Shown here in pieces: positions 24,681-37,629 of a stretch of 64,000 nucleotides of DNA. The notes below the pieces were generated by a model. That model was not told the origin of the DNA. It did not search any database and was given only the letters and a program-made list of their open reading frames with translations. The DNA is from Isurus oxyrinchus (Eukaryota). The stretch covers positions 10,540,001-10,604,000 of the forward strand of contig JANJGN010000039.1 of NCBI GenBank assembly GCA_026770705.1. The letters run 5' to 3'. Both the position numbers and the translations under genes were made by a program. Numbering within the stretch: position 1 is the first letter of the stretch; each line of letters begins with the position of its first letter.

Positions 24681-27600
24681 AGGCCCCTGCTCTGCAAACA
24701 TACTGACAATCGTTCCAATTGATTACTATATTAACAGGCCCTGGGTTCTTTTAACGTGCCACCAGTCTCCCTACGCTATTGCTATACTGACAGGCTCCCA
24801 GCTCTTTAAACGTAGAGGCAGGCTTCACACTCTGTTACTGTCGTGACAGTCTCACGGCGCTGTAAAAATTCTGAAATTCAACCCACTCTATTACAAGAGT
24901 GACAGAACACCCAGCTCTGTAAACATACGGAAAGTCTACCCACTCTTATACGATTGTGTCCAGCCCCAGGCTCTGTAATCAAGCTGACTGTCTACCCACT
25001 GTATTACTACAGTGACAGAACTCCCAGCTCTGTAAACATACTGACAGTTTGCTCATTACGGCACTATAGGCACAAAACCCGGTCTGTAATGGTGCTGAAA
25101 GTCTCTCCAATATTTTAAGATTGAGGCCCGCTGCCAACCTCTAAATATAATGACTATCTTCAAACTATAATACAATAGTGTCAGGCCCCTGGCCCTGTTA
25201 ACATACTGACAGCCAACCCACTCTATTACTATACTGACAGGACCCTGTTTCTGTCTAGCTGAAAGTCTAGCTTCTCGATTATTTTACTGATTGTCCCAGC
25301 TCTTTCAGCATTCCGACAGTCTAAACAATCTATTCCTATGCTGACAGGCCTCCGGGTGTGTAAACATTCTGGGAATCTTCCCAATCTATTAATAAATTGA
25401 CAGGTCCCAGCTCTGCATATACTATGACATTCTCTCCAGCCTACAGCGTAAATGACAGGCCACAGGCTCTGTAAAAATACTAAATGACTACAAACACTAT
25501 TACATTAATGACAGCTCCTGGTCTCTGTAAACATAGAGACAGTCTCCTCACTCTAGTACTCTAGTGACAGGCCCCGGGATCTGTAAACATCCCAGGAGTC
25601 TCCCAATTTGCTATAGTAACAGGCCCACAGCTCTGTAAACATTCAGACAGCCTCCTCCCTTTATTAGTAAATTAGCAGGCCATTGGCACTGTCAACATAC
25701 TGAAAGTCAACCCACCTGTTAATATACTGCGAGCCCCCCTTCTCTTTATACATGCTAATCGTCTCTCCACTCTATTGCAACAGTGAGAGGCCCCCGGCTC
25801 TGGAAACGTTCAGACAACCTTCTCAATCATATCGTATTGTGACTGTCCCCCACCCTATAAACACACTGACAGATTCCCCAATCTGTTACTATAGCAAGAG
25901 TTCTCAGGCTCTGTAAAAATATTGACAGTCTCCTGAGTCTAATTTATTAGTGAAATTCTCCCAGCTCTGTGAGCACACTGACAATATCTCCCCTCTATTA
26001 TTATTGTGACACATCCTGGCTCTCCAAACCTACTGAAATTTTCCCCACTCCATTAATATAAAGACAGGCCCCAGCACTGTATACATACCCACAGCCTCTC
26101 CAGTCTATTACTATAAAATCAAGTCGTGGCTCTGTAAACATACTCTCAGTCTACATACTATTATTATAGTGACAGGACCCCTTTGAAATGTACTCAAATC
26201 CTCCTTACTCTATTACAATAGTGAAAGAATGCTGGTTCTGTCAAAATGCTCTCAGTCTAACCTTCCCATTACAATATTGATAGGCCCCATCCCTTTAAAC
26301 ATAGAGGCAGTCTCCTCAATCTATGACTACAGTGACAGGCCCCATCCCTTTTAACACACAGACAGTCTCCTCAATATATTACTATAGTGACAGGTCCCCT
26401 GCTCTGTCAATGTACTGACAGTGGGTGCACTCTAATAATATTATGACAGGCCCTTGGCATGGAAAACATGCTGATAATCTCCAAACTCTATGGCTTTAGT
26501 GACAGTACCCCAGCTCTGTTAACATGCAGACTGAATACCACTGTATTCCGATATTGTCAGGCCCTCAGCTCTGTAAAAGTACTAACTATCTCCCCATTCT
26601 ATTAAAATAGTGACTGGCCACTGGCTTCATTAACATGCTGACAGACTATCCACTCTTTACAATGGTGACAAGTTACCAGCTCTGCAGACATACTGACAAC
26701 ATCACCTCACTACTAAAGTACAGACAGGCTCCTGGCCCGTTAAAATTGCTGAAAGTCTCCCCACGTTGTTGCTACAGTGACAAGGCCTCAGGTCTGTGAA
26801 AATACTGACAGCCTACCCACTCTGTTACTATAATGACAGTCCCTCGGCACCTTAAATATACTGATGGTATTCCTACTCTTTTACAGGCTTTGAAGACATA
26901 CCCTCAGTCACCCCAATCCTGTACTATAGGGCAGAATGCTGGCTCTATAAACATATTGTCAGTATGGACTTTCTATTGCTATAATGAAAGGCACCCAGCT
27001 ATTTAGATAGAGAAATATTATCCCCAAACTGTAACTATATTGTCAGGCCTCCATCCGATAAGGTTACTGCAGCGTATCCACTCTATTTCTAATTTTTTAA
27101 GCATCTGACTCTGATAAATATACTGACAGTTCCCCCACTCTATTAATATTGTTACATGCCCCTTGCTCTGTCAACATAAAGTCAGTCTCTGCAATGAATT
27201 CATTTACTTACATGCCTCTGGCTCTATAAACATACTGACAGTGTGCACAGTACATTACTATAGTGAGAAATTCCAGCCCTGTAAAGGTACTGACTGTATG
27301 CACAGTATGTTACAATAGTGAGAGGTCACAGATATGTAAACATACTGACACTGTGCACAGTACATTACTATAGTGAGAGACCGTAGTTCTGTAAACATAC
27401 CGACAGTGTGCACAGTGCATTAGTATAGTGAGAGACCCCAGATCTCTAAAGCTATTGCCAGTGTGCATGGTATGTTACCATAATGAGACGTCCAAGCTCT
27501 GTAAACATACTGACAGTGTGCACAGTACATTACTATACTGAGAGGCCCCAGCCTTGTAAAAGTACTGACGGTGTTCACAGTGCATTACTATAGTGAGAGA

Positions 27601-30600
27601 ACCCAGCCCTGTAAAGGTACTGACTGTGTGCACAGTACATTAGAGTATTGAGAGACCCCAGCCATGTAAACATTCTGCTAGTCATCCCAATCGATTATTA
27701 TTGTGAGAGGGTCCCTGATTGTTAAAATACTGATGGTTTCCCCTCGCTACTCCCAGAATGACAGGCCCACAGCTCTATACACATATTGACAGTCTCTCTA
27801 ATGTGTAACAATATTGAGAAAATCCCTGCTCTGCAAACATACTAGCAGTCAGCCCAGTCTATTTCAATAGCCACAGGCACCCGGCCCTATAAACGCACTG
27901 ACAGCCTCCCCTCTCCATTGATATTGTGGTGGGCCTCTGTCTCTGTAAACATGCTGACAGCCTCCCCTCTCCATTGATATTGTGGTGGGCCTCTGTCTCT
28001 GTAAACATGCTGACAGTCTCTCACAAGATTTTACTATTGTGACAGCACACGGGTTATGTAAAAATAGTCACAGTCTATCGTCTCTATTACAACATTGACA
28101 GGCCCTCAACTCTTTAAACATACAGAGAGGCTAGCCAATCTATTGTTATTGTGGCAGGCCCCCGGCTCTCTAAAGATACTTACAATGCTCCCATTTGAAT
28201 ACGTCAGGGCAGGCCGCTGACCTGTAAACATGCTGACAACCTCCCCACTCTATTATTGAAATGACAGACTCCCAACTCTGAAAATATACAGTCAGTCTCC
28301 GCAATCGATTCCTACAGTGACAAGCCCCTGGCTCTGTAAGCAAGCAGAGAGTGTACCACTGTATTTCTATGTTGGCAAGCCCCCAGCTCAGTAAGCAAGA
28401 ACAGAGTTTACCATTATATTTCTGTGTTGACAAGCCCCCAGCTCTATAAACACACTGACAGCCTCCCCACTCTTTTGCGATAGTGCCCCCAGGCTCTGTA
28501 AACATACTGACAATCTGCCCACTCTAATAGGATAGAGACAGGCCCCAGGCTTTGTTAACATACTGACACAGACTATCCATGCTTTACATTAGTGACAAGC
28601 CCCTGCCACTGTAAATACACTGAGAGTACTCCCACACTATTACTATAGTGACTGGGCCTCAGGTCTGTCAAAGCATTAATAATCTTGCCACTCTTTTACT
28701 ATAATGACAGGCTGCAGGCTATATAAACAAACTGACAGTCACCCCAGTATATTGCAATAGTGGTAGGCCGCCGGCTCTGTAAACATTCCACCTCCTACAC
28801 TATTAGGGTAGCGACAGTCCCCCAGCTTTGTGAGCATACTGACAATCTGTACCCACTATTATTGCAGTGATATCCACTGGCAATGTAAACTTAATGAAAG
28901 GTTCCAACTCAACTGGTATAAAGACAGGCCTCAGCTCTTTAAACATACAGACAGTCTCCCTACCCTACTACTAGAGTGAAAGAACCCTGGTTCTATCTTA
29001 TTACCTATATTCCAGCCTCTCTCAAGCTATATTGACTATATAGGCCCCCGGCTCTTTGTCTATACTGACAGTCTCCCCACTCTTTTACTAAAGTGACAGG
29101 CCATCAGATCTGTAAACATACTGATAACCTCCCCACTCTCTTAATATAGTGACAGGCTCCCGGCTCTGTAAACATACTGAAGGTCTCCCCACTCTATTGC
29201 TAAAGTAACTTGCAGCCAGCTCTGTAAAAGTACTGACTGTGTTCCCCACCATATAGATATTGTGATAGGCTCAAACTCTGTAAACATTCTGAAAGTCTCT
29301 GCACTCTATTACTATATTGACAGTCCCGCGGGTCTATGAAGATACCCACTCTCTTACTACATACTGACAGTCACCCTAGTCTATTGTTGTATTGAGAGAC
29401 TCCCTGCATTGTAAACATTCTGACAGTCTCAACACTCTATTACTTTAGAGACAAGCTCCCGGATCGGTAAAATTACTGATGGTCCATCCTCTCTATTACT
29501 TTAGTGACAGGCAGTGTAAATGTGCTGATAGTCTATTCACTATATCCCTGTAGTGATAGCCGCCTGCTCTTTAAATAGACTGGCAACCTCCCCAGTGTAT
29601 TACGAAAGTTAAAGGCCCACATCTCTGTCACCTGATTGGCATACGCCCCACTCTAATACGACAGTGACAGGGCACCTTTCTGTAAACTTAGTAACAGGAC
29701 AACCCAACCATAACTCTCCAATTCTGTAGTGACTGGCCCCCTCCACTGTCACCTGAATGACATACTCCTCTCTGTAATATGTTTGTGACAGGGCACATTT
29801 CTGTAACCTGAGTGACAACGAAGCCCAAACACTGCCATCGGCCCTGTAAAAATACTGGCAGTCTCTCCACACTCTATTAAATTATTGACTGACCCCAGGC
29901 TCTGTAAAGTTATTGACAGTCTCCCTATGCCATTAAAATAGCGAAAGGCCGTGGTTCCATAAACATATTGACAATCGACCCACTCTCTTAGTATGGTGAC
30001 AGTCTCCCAGATCTATAAATATACTGACAACTCCACATGCTATTAATACAGTCATAGCAATACCCATCACGACTCCTCACACCCACAGTCCCAGACTATT
30101 CCTAGAGTGACAGGCCCCCATGATTTGTAACCTGAGTGGCAGTCCGCCCACTCTATTGTGATGTTGACAGCAACTGCGTCTTTAACTATAGTGACAGTGG
30201 CCCCCACCTCCACCCACTGTATTGCCCGTGCAAAGGGTCCAGCCATTATGATCACAGATTCGACACTCAATCACTAGGTGAGTGGCGCCCGGGACTTGGC
30301 ACATGAGTGACAGTCTCCACAATAAATTGCTGTACTGACTGGCCCAGCCCATCTAACCAGACTGATAGTCTCACCAATCAGGTACAATACTGACTACCCT
30401 ATGATTTTTGACCTGAGTGACAGTCTCCACAATCAGTTATGATACTGAGAGGCCCCTGGCTCCTCAACTTGAGTGACACTATTATTAGTTTGTTTCTCTA
30501 ATGAATGACCCATGATTTTGTATCCGAACTGACAGTCTCATCAATTATTTATGTTACTGACAGGCCCCTACTCTGTGACCAGAGTGAGAGTGTCCGAAAT

Positions 30601-32250
30601 CAATTCCTATAGTGACAGGATCCCTGCTCTGTAATCTAAGTAACAGCTACCCACCCGCCCATCCACTTCCCAGTCATTTGCTGTACTGACAGGCCCCTGG
30701 TTCTGTTGCCAGCGTGACAGTCTCCCCAATCTATTGCCAGTTGACTGGATCTGGCGCTGTAACCTGATTGACAGTTTCCCCATATAATTGTGAAACATGA
30801 ATGACACCCGGCTCAGTAGCCTGAATACAGTCTCCACAACCAATGAGCACACAGGCTGTCACTTGGTTCTGTAGCCTGAGTGACAGTCTACCCAACATAT
30901 TAATATACTGAGAGGCCCCCGGCTTAGGGTCCTGAGTGACAGTCTCCACAATAAATTGCTCTGCTGACAGGCCCCTGGCTCTTTTTAACAGAGTGACAGA
31001 ATCTCCTTCAATTATTATCTGGAATAACACCCGGCTCTTTAAACTGAATAACTGTGTCCTCAATCAACACCTATAGTGACAGGGACCAGCTCTGTAACCT
31101 GAGAAACAGTCTCAACAATCAACTACAATAACAACTGGCTCCGCCTCTGTTACCTGAGTGATGGTCTGCTGAAAAAATTACTATACTGACTGTTCCTGGC
31201 TCTGTAACCTGCGTGACAGCCCCCCTCCCCACCACCCCAACCAACGAATTAATATACTAACTGGCCCCTGCCTCAATAACGTGAGTGACTTTTTCCACCA
31301 TCAAATACTCTACAGATAGGCCTCCAGTTCTGTAACCTGACAGATAGTCTGCAAAGCCATTTTCTGTAGTGACAGGCCCCTGGCTAGATAACCCGACTGA
31401 TAATCCCTCCAATAATTTATTGTGCTAACTTGGTCCGGGCTCTGTAACCTGTGTGACAGATTCCCCAATCAACTACTATGCCGACTGGCCACCGGCTTTT
31501 TAGTTTGAGTTGCATTATCCCCAAGCAATTGCTATATTTACAGGCCACTGACTCTGCAACCTGAATGACATAATCCCCATTAAATTACAATAAAGACTGA
31601 GCACCGGCTCTGTAACTTGAGTGACAGGCTCCTCAATAAATTACTATGCTGACAGGCCACCGGCTCTGTAAGTTGAGTGACAATCTCCCCAGTTATCTGT
31701 TCTACTGACAGGCCCCTGGCACAGTAAGCTGACAGACCCCCAATCAATTTCTATGCATGACTGTTTCCCTCCTCTTTAACCTGAGTGACTATTGCCCCAA
31801 TCAATTTCTTTAGTGTCTGGACTCGGCTCTGTAACCTGAATGACAGTCTCACCAATAGATTGCTTTTCATGAGTGGCCCCGATTCTGTAGCCTGAGTGAC
31901 AGTCTCCCCAATCATTCCCCATGTTGGCTGTCCCTGGTTCTGAAACCTGAGTGACTGTCTCCTCAATCAATTACTTTCGTGAATGAGCTCTGCCTCTTTA
32001 ACTTGAAGGACGGTCCCCCCAATCAATTGCTATAGTGAATGAACCCTGGCTCTGGAAACAGAGTGACAGTATTCCAAATCCATTCCTATAATGACTGACA
32101 CTATCTCTCTACCTTTGGCGACAGACTTCCTAATCATTTATTATAGTGACAGGCCACTGCCTCTGTTACCTGAATGACTGTGTCCAAAATCATGTACGAT
32201 TCTGAATGACCCCAATTCTGTAAATTAAGTGAAAGTCTCCACAATCAATT
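24675..32250 (+). repeat. Degenerate 55/56-bp satellite built from two related 27/28-bp halves (CTCTGTAAACATACTGACAGTCTCCCCA + CTCTATTACTATAGTGACAGGCCCCGG)
   Basis: Period measured directly: (g/c)tgtgca at 27241, 27351, 27406, 27461, 27516 (55-bp lattice); exact 56-bp duplication at 27898-28016; TGACAG twice per unit. Confidence 0.93.
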
Positions 32251-32455
32251 AGAACAAAGAACAGAGAAAAGTACAGCACAGGAACAGGCCCTTCGGGCCT
32301 CCAAGCCTGCGCTGAAAATGTTGCCTGTCAAACTAAATACTTTTACCTTTCCGGGGTCCGTATCCCTCTTTTCCCATCATATTCGTGCATTTCCAAGCTG
32401 CCTCTTAAACACCACTATCGTATCAGCTTCCACAATGTTGTCTGGCAGTGAATTC
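32251..32455 (-). mobile_element. HER1/CR1-type LINE 3' end, antisense
   Basis: agaacaaagaacagagaaaagtacagcacaggaacaggcccttcgg.. is the reverse complement of the short-repeat 3' tail; it separates the satellite from the tRNA repeat. Confidence 0.8.
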
Positions 32456-34261
32456 CTCTACTCAGAAATGTACATTCCAATCAAGCACACGTGAAGTATC
32501 ATTTCTCTAGATCATTGCTCAGCCGTTTTTGCCCTTTATCCTCAAAGCCAAAATGCACCGTTAGCCACAATTTCCCCAATTTAGTCATTGGAAACATTGA
32601 AGCCGCCCGTCTAATTCAGACACCCGACATCTGCACACCCGGTACGCGCTGCATTTCCATTTCTAGGGCAAAACCCATCAAGGGGCCGGATTCAACACGT
32701 CATATGAAACAGGAAACAAACATGGTTTATTCATTTCCACTCAGCAACATAAGGAATCTCGTCCGAACCCAGATTTACAAATCACCGTCCAGCGAATTCT
32801 GGATTTTAAATCCTTCCTGGCTCCCTTCGGAGGGAAATGCTGAGTGCAGCGGCAGGAGCTTGTCCGACAGCGGGGCATGAGAAATAAAGGATTGCTAAAG
32901 CTTAGCTTTCAGCACAGAAATGAAAGAAGGCGCTCGATCGAGGGGTTAAAAATCACGAACATTTAGGTGAAATTTTGTTGCAGATGGGTGCGCAATCAGC
33001 GGGTTAATGATTTCAGGGAACGAGGGGCTGCATGAGGAAGGAATGTTTCGAGGCAGAATTGTGTCAGTCCATTTAACAAACTGTTTGCAAGGCTGTTTTC
33101 AATCCAGGCTGAATGTTAACTGCCAATAGAGAAGTCTAAATCCTATAAGTATCGCCTGAATTCAGAACAACATAAGCAAAGACGCCCGAAGCCAATTGGG
33201 AAGTCACCGGTTGATCCACCCTGTGGATATTTTAGATTTCTGGGCATCACACTGGAGAGAGAAATTTTCGGTGATGCGGCAACAACCATGCATGACTGCG
33301 GTTACATGCAAAGATGAACCGAATACATCTGCTCCCATAGAAGCAAAGCATTTTCTGAAGAGGGTACAGATATGAGTTCAAAATACAGGGACGTTATCAG
33401 AAAGAAGAGTTGAGTTCCAGAAAGGCGAGTCACCAGGCGAGAGAACCAGGGGCTGCTCGGGCAACTTTTTTTACGCAAAACTAATTTGGCCTCTTGAAGA
33501 GACTGTATGCAACGTGTTTTTTGTTTACTTCTTACTGAATTGCAATTTACTCAAAGGAAGTGTTTGCATTTCCTGAGGAAGTTCCACGTTAATCAATGCA
33601 GAGAAAGGAGGGAGAACAGCGAACGGATGAGACGATAACTGAAAAATGTTTGCATATTTCATATTTATTGCACATAATTGTAATTTGCGTCCCTCAATGT
33701 GCTTTACTTTCTGGGTTATTCGGTTCATAGCTCACTAACACTCATTGCGTTAATTGTAGATCACACTCTAGCCACCGCGGCCTTAATTAAGGCTTTAACC
33801 GGATACGATGCAGCTGATCTGGAACTGTGACGCTGTCTAGAACATATTGTCTTCAGTCAGTGTACGATCCTCATTAGTGTCAGGTTGTGAAGAAAGTCGG
33901 CTTTGTGTTTCTTTGCAAAATCTAATATGAGTTGTGCCGTTGTTGTTTCCAAAACATGTCGTTTTAGGAAAATGTCATGGAAACACAAGAAATGCATTGT
34001 CTCGGGGAAACGCGGCGATGGTTATTTAATCCGACAAGCCATGGGCGATAATGGGGCAAACGGCCGAATCCCACCGGAGATTGTGATCTCCTGCTCTGTC
34101 CAGCAAGGTTGCTCATGTTTGCTTCACGCAAATCTGCGCCCTGTCCGCCAGGCTGAGCGCTGGAACATTATGATGAACCCCCACGCGGGACTGGAAAGCA
34201 ATTTGCGAAGGTAAAGCAGCATGGCCGCTTTCAATGTTTAACGTTTGGAACAAGGGCTTGT

Positions 34262-34317
34262 CTCCCCGTTTTCTGCCGCGTGACAAGTGAGGATACTAAC
34301 CGCAATGCTAACCAGGA
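34262..34317 (-). pseudogene. tRNA-Asp remnant with T-arm deleted
   Basis: ctccccgt....ccgcgtgacaagtgaggatactaaccgcaatgctaaccagga aligns to antisense tRNA-Asp with an internal deletion; equivalent position in the repeat unit. Confidence 0.65.
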
Positions 34318-35175
34318 GAGCCCGGCCAGTGTTCGCGCAGTCGGCTAGTGAGATTTCAATCTGCCGTTAGCCACAGTTTTGTTACACAAATTTCTCCGTT
34401 TTCCTGCACAAGCAAGATATTTACATTCCAGCAAAATAGGCGGCGCGCATCTTCCCTCCTGGTCATCAATCCCTCGTTTCAGTTTTGCGCTTTCTGCAGA
34501 AGAAAATGTGCTTCATCACTGACAATTTGTCTCATTTGATCACTTGCAAGGTTTGAAGCCGTCCATCTACTTCAGTCCCCTGCACCCTACGGATCCGCTA
34601 AGGTCTTCATTTCCATTTTCAGCACAACCACAATCATGGGGTCGGAGTCAAAACATCACCTGAAACCAGTAAGAGACATTGTTTATTCATTCCCAATGAG
34701 CAACAAAAGCAAACAGGTCCGGAAGTAACATTTTCAAATCACCAGCTGGCGCATTCTGTGGCTGTTTAATGTTGCTGGGCAGTCTCTTCAGAGAGAACCG
34801 CTCAGTGCAGCGACACGAGGCATGTTTGGCAGCTTCGAAATGCAAATATAATAGAGAGAGAACTTGAGTGTTCTTGGCCAGTTTTAAACACAGGAGTTAA
34901 GGAAGACGCTCGGTCGGCCGATTAAATGTCGCAAATCATTTTGAAACCTTTAATTGCAGAAGGGAGGACATGCAGGACGCAATGATTTCACGGAACGAAA
35001 GGATACAAGAGGATAGAAGGTTTTGACGGACAGTTGTGTTAGTCCTTTGAACAAACATTCTGCAGCGCTGAGTGCATTTCAGGAGGAATGGTAACTGCCA
35101 AAAAAAGAAATCCAAACACTTAATGCAAAATAATGAGAACGGCTTCCACCGCACATGTTTCGAACAAAGACGTGC

Positions 35176-35248
35176 CTCCCCGTCGGGGAATTAAACCACC
35201 GTCTCCCTTGTGACAGGCGGGTAATACTGACCACTATACTACCGAGGA
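35176..35248 (-). pseudogene. tRNA-Asp(GTC) pseudogene
   Basis: Minus strand TCCTCGGTAGTATAGTGGTCAGTATTACCCGCCTGTCACAAGGGAGACGGTGGTTTAATTCCCCGACGGGGAG; anticodon GTC kept but B-box GGTTCGA changed to GGTTTAA, 1-nt insertion, broken anticodon and T stems. Confidence 0.85.
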
Positions 35249-35949
35249 CAGGCCTGCGAATGTCCCCAGAGCCAATGAGATTCTGAGTTGCCTTGGAATT
35301 TCCATTTTGAGGCAACAGTTACCCAGTTTGCCTGCAGAATTCCAACGAAATACACCGGATGCATCATCCCTCTCGAAATTCATCCAATCGTGTCAGTTTT
35401 TCCCGCCATCCAGAAGCAAAGGCGTTTCTTCTTCGGCTATTTCCCTCATTTTGTCACACGCAAAGTCTCGAAGGGAATTCTGTTTCAGTCACTAACCTAC
35501 TGCAGCCACATTCCGCGCTCCATTTCCATTATCCAGACAACAGTCAGAGAGTGGGACTCAAAACATCACATTTAAAAGGGGAAAATAAAAGGTTATTTAA
35601 TCATTTCCACTCAGCAACAAAATAAAACATGTTGGACAACGTTTCTAAATCACCAGCTGGCACATTTTGAATTCTAAAAATCTCTGGTCACCCTCTTCGG
35701 AGAGAAAGACTCAATGCAGCGGCAGGAACCATGCAGATGCAGAAGGTAGGGCTAACAGGGACAAAGAGATCAGGGAAGCAGAGGCTGCATGGGGGAAGCA
35801 TATTTTGATTCAGAATTTTATGGGGCTATTGGAGAGATTATACGCAGGTCTGTATTCATTTCTGGCTGAATTCTAACTGCCTAACGAGAAGTGCATAACG
35901 GTGGTGAGGATAGTGTGCTTACGGCAACATAAGCAAATACCTCTGAACA

Positions 35950-36060
35950 AAGTTGACTAATGACCGTTCTGATGAAGACTCCAATGGAGTCGGAAGGTCA
36001 ACATCTCGACAGATGCTGTCAGGACCTCTGATATTTTTAAGCAATTTTTCATCTTGTGCT
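35950..36060 (+). mobile_element. Penelope-like element terminal remnant with decayed minimal hammerhead motif
   Basis: gtt CTGATGA a GACTCC aat GGAGTC ggaag gtcaac followed by acagatgctgtcaggacct; paralogous weaker copy at ~38500-38615 (ccacagatgctctcaggcccgctga). Confidence 0.5.
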
Positions 36061-37557
36061 AAATGACCCGAGGTCTCACCCAGCGGGCAATGTGACACTT
36101 CAGAGGGAAAGTCTTACTTGCGAGGCACAGACCATGCATGACTCGGGCTGCAGGCAAAGGCGAATTCGAATAGCGTATCCCACCTTTTAATACAATTTAT
36201 TCTGACGAGAATATTGAGCGGCGTTCGAAATCCTGGAACATTTTGGCAGTCAGAACTTTACTTGCAATAGAGTGAGTTACCCGGCGGCAAAGATGTGATG
36301 CGTTGCTGACAGAACCAGGGGATACTTGGCAAAACTTTTTTTACGAATGGTTATCTTGGCCTTTTGAGGAGACTCCATGCAAGGTTGCTGTTTCCTTCGG
36401 CTTGATTTTTTATGTGCTGAAGGGAAGAGTTCACATACCATAAATAATTTACAAAATCAGCAATGACGTGAAAGGACAGGATCGTGTTATTGAAATAAGA
36501 TATTATTTTTCCTATTTATTGTAAGTAACGGAAATTTGCGTGTCTTCAAATGTTATTCCTTTAGTGAGTTTGGCAGATTGGAACTCACGGAAACGCAAAG
36601 CTGGAATCAAATATTTTAACTCAGCTTTAAGCACAGTGTATTCAGAAGAGGCTATCAAGCGGCATTGAAAATCCAAGCACATTTTGGCTGTCAGCACGTT
36701 AGTTGCAGTTTTGTGAATTTGCAGGCGGCAAAGATTTGAGGTGTTGCTGACATAACCAGGAAGATATTTGGCGAAACATTTACGCATGATTGTCTTGGCC
36801 TTGAGAGGAGACTGCGTGCAGGGTTGCTGTTTCCTTCGGTTTGCAGTTTTATGTGCTCAAGGGAAGGGTTCATATACCATAAGAAATTTGCAATTTCAGG
36901 AATGACGTGAAAGAAGGGTGAAGTGCGACTGAATGAGTATCTCTTGAAATAAGATTTATTTTTTCCTATTCATTGCAGTAATGGAAATTTGCGTGCCTTC
37001 AAATGTCCTTTCTTTACTGAGTTTGCCAGTTTGGAGCTCACCGAAACGCAGTGCGTTCATTTCAGTTGGCACACTGGCCGTCACAATTCTACTTCAGGCT
37101 TTAGCAACATCGGGTACAGCGACGTGCAGCTGTGTTCCTGCCTGGAAGGTGTCGTCGTCAGTTAGACCTGGAAGTTCAAACGGGACCGGGATGTGAAGTA
37201 TTTCGGCGATTATCGAAAAATCTTTTAAGACTTGTGCCATCGTCGTCTCTAATGTCTTTTTTTTTGACTAACGTGCCAAGAATACAAATGGCGATGCGTT
37301 ATTTTGGGTAAACGCTTCTACATTCACAAGGTGGAAGAAGACAGAACGATGGCGGACAGAGACGTTGTTCACAGGTGATTTTGATAACCTGAACTGCACA
37401 GAAAATTTGCTCATGCTATATTTTGTCGAATCCGCTTTCTGTCCGAAATGTTGCGTAGTTTGTCTTTAGGTCAATCACCATGTGGAAATGAAAACAGGTT
37501 TGCGAATCAATAGCGTGAGCACGCGTTCCGCCTCGCGCAAAGTGAGCAATAAATTAT

Positions 37558-37629
37558 CTCCTCGTCGGGGGATTGAACCCCGGTCTCCCCCGTGACAGGC
37601 GGGGATACTCACCAGTATACTAACGAGGA
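37558..37629 (-). tRNA. tRNA-Asp(GTC): tRNA-Asp(GTC), best-preserved copy (variant; function uncertain)
   Basis: 72 nt TCCTCGTTAGTATACTGGTGAGTATCCCCGCCTGTCACGGGGGAGACCGGGGTTCAATCCCCCGACGAGGAG; 5 substitutions versus the standard vertebrate tRNA-Asp, intact acceptor stem and B-box, one G:G mismatch in the anticodon stem, G15>C. Confidence 0.85.

Noticed and set aside
27340-27640. RSS heptamer / signal-joint-like CACTGTGCACAGT and CACAGTG motifs
   Set aside because: No ACAAAAACC nonamer at 12 or 23 bp and no V/D/J segments; they are local variants of the satellite monomer.
24675-32250. CRISPR-like repeat/spacer array
   Set aside because: No invariant repeat with unique spacers; the whole unit is a degenerate tandem monomer, context is vertebrate, no cas genes.
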